Shown here: piece by piece, positions 7,012-7,039 of the stretch
Layout of the letters: each line of letters opens with the position of its first letter
Position numbering within the stretch: the stretch's first letter is position 1
Origin: a virus
Taxonomy: Duplodnaviria; Heunggongvirae; Uroviricota; Caudoviricetes
Reading direction: 5' to 3' (one strand)
Virus record (IMG/VR): IMGVR_UViG_2671180986_000004
DNA: 7,039 bases
The notes under the pieces: model-generated
What the model saw: only the letters and a program-made list of their open reading frames with translations
Told to the model about the DNA's origin: nothing
Database searches by the model: none
Program-made: the position numbers and the translations under genes

Positions 7012-7039
7012 GGAACAGACGAATGAGGTGATGCTGCCA

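Noticed and set aside
7023-7039. Start of the next gene (likely major capsid) at ATG 7031 or GTG 7028
   Set aside because: ATG 7023 gives only two codons before TGA; ATG 7031 has poor Shine-Dalgarno spacing; only 3 codons are inside the window, so no call can be supported.

Overview
This window is a phage or prophage DNA-packaging and head-morphogenesis module with Enterobacteriaceae-like codon usage, with two lesion-like anomalies in essential genes. On the + strand, in order and tightly coupled: terminase small subunit (842-1606), terminase large subunit (about 1557-3099), portal (3099-4565), Mu F-like head morphogenesis protein (4417-5277), a large acidic scaffold-like protein (5281-6501) and a small head structural protein (6505-7011). 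To the left, on the - strand, is a visibly more AT-rich DedA/YqaA-like membrane protein gene (135-644). Two N-masked intervals (2166-2592, 4713-5107) hide the middle of the terminase large and head-morphogenesis genes. The main anomalies are: the portal reading frame carries two in-frame TAG codons (3273-3275, 3474-3476) in otherwise coherent coding sequence; the terminase large coding frame differs on the two sides of the masked interval; and the head-morphogenesis gene must start at least 110 nt inside the portal gene in another frame. No rRNA, tRNA or CRISPR array was seen. All family names are from recalled motifs and sequence appearance, not from a database search.
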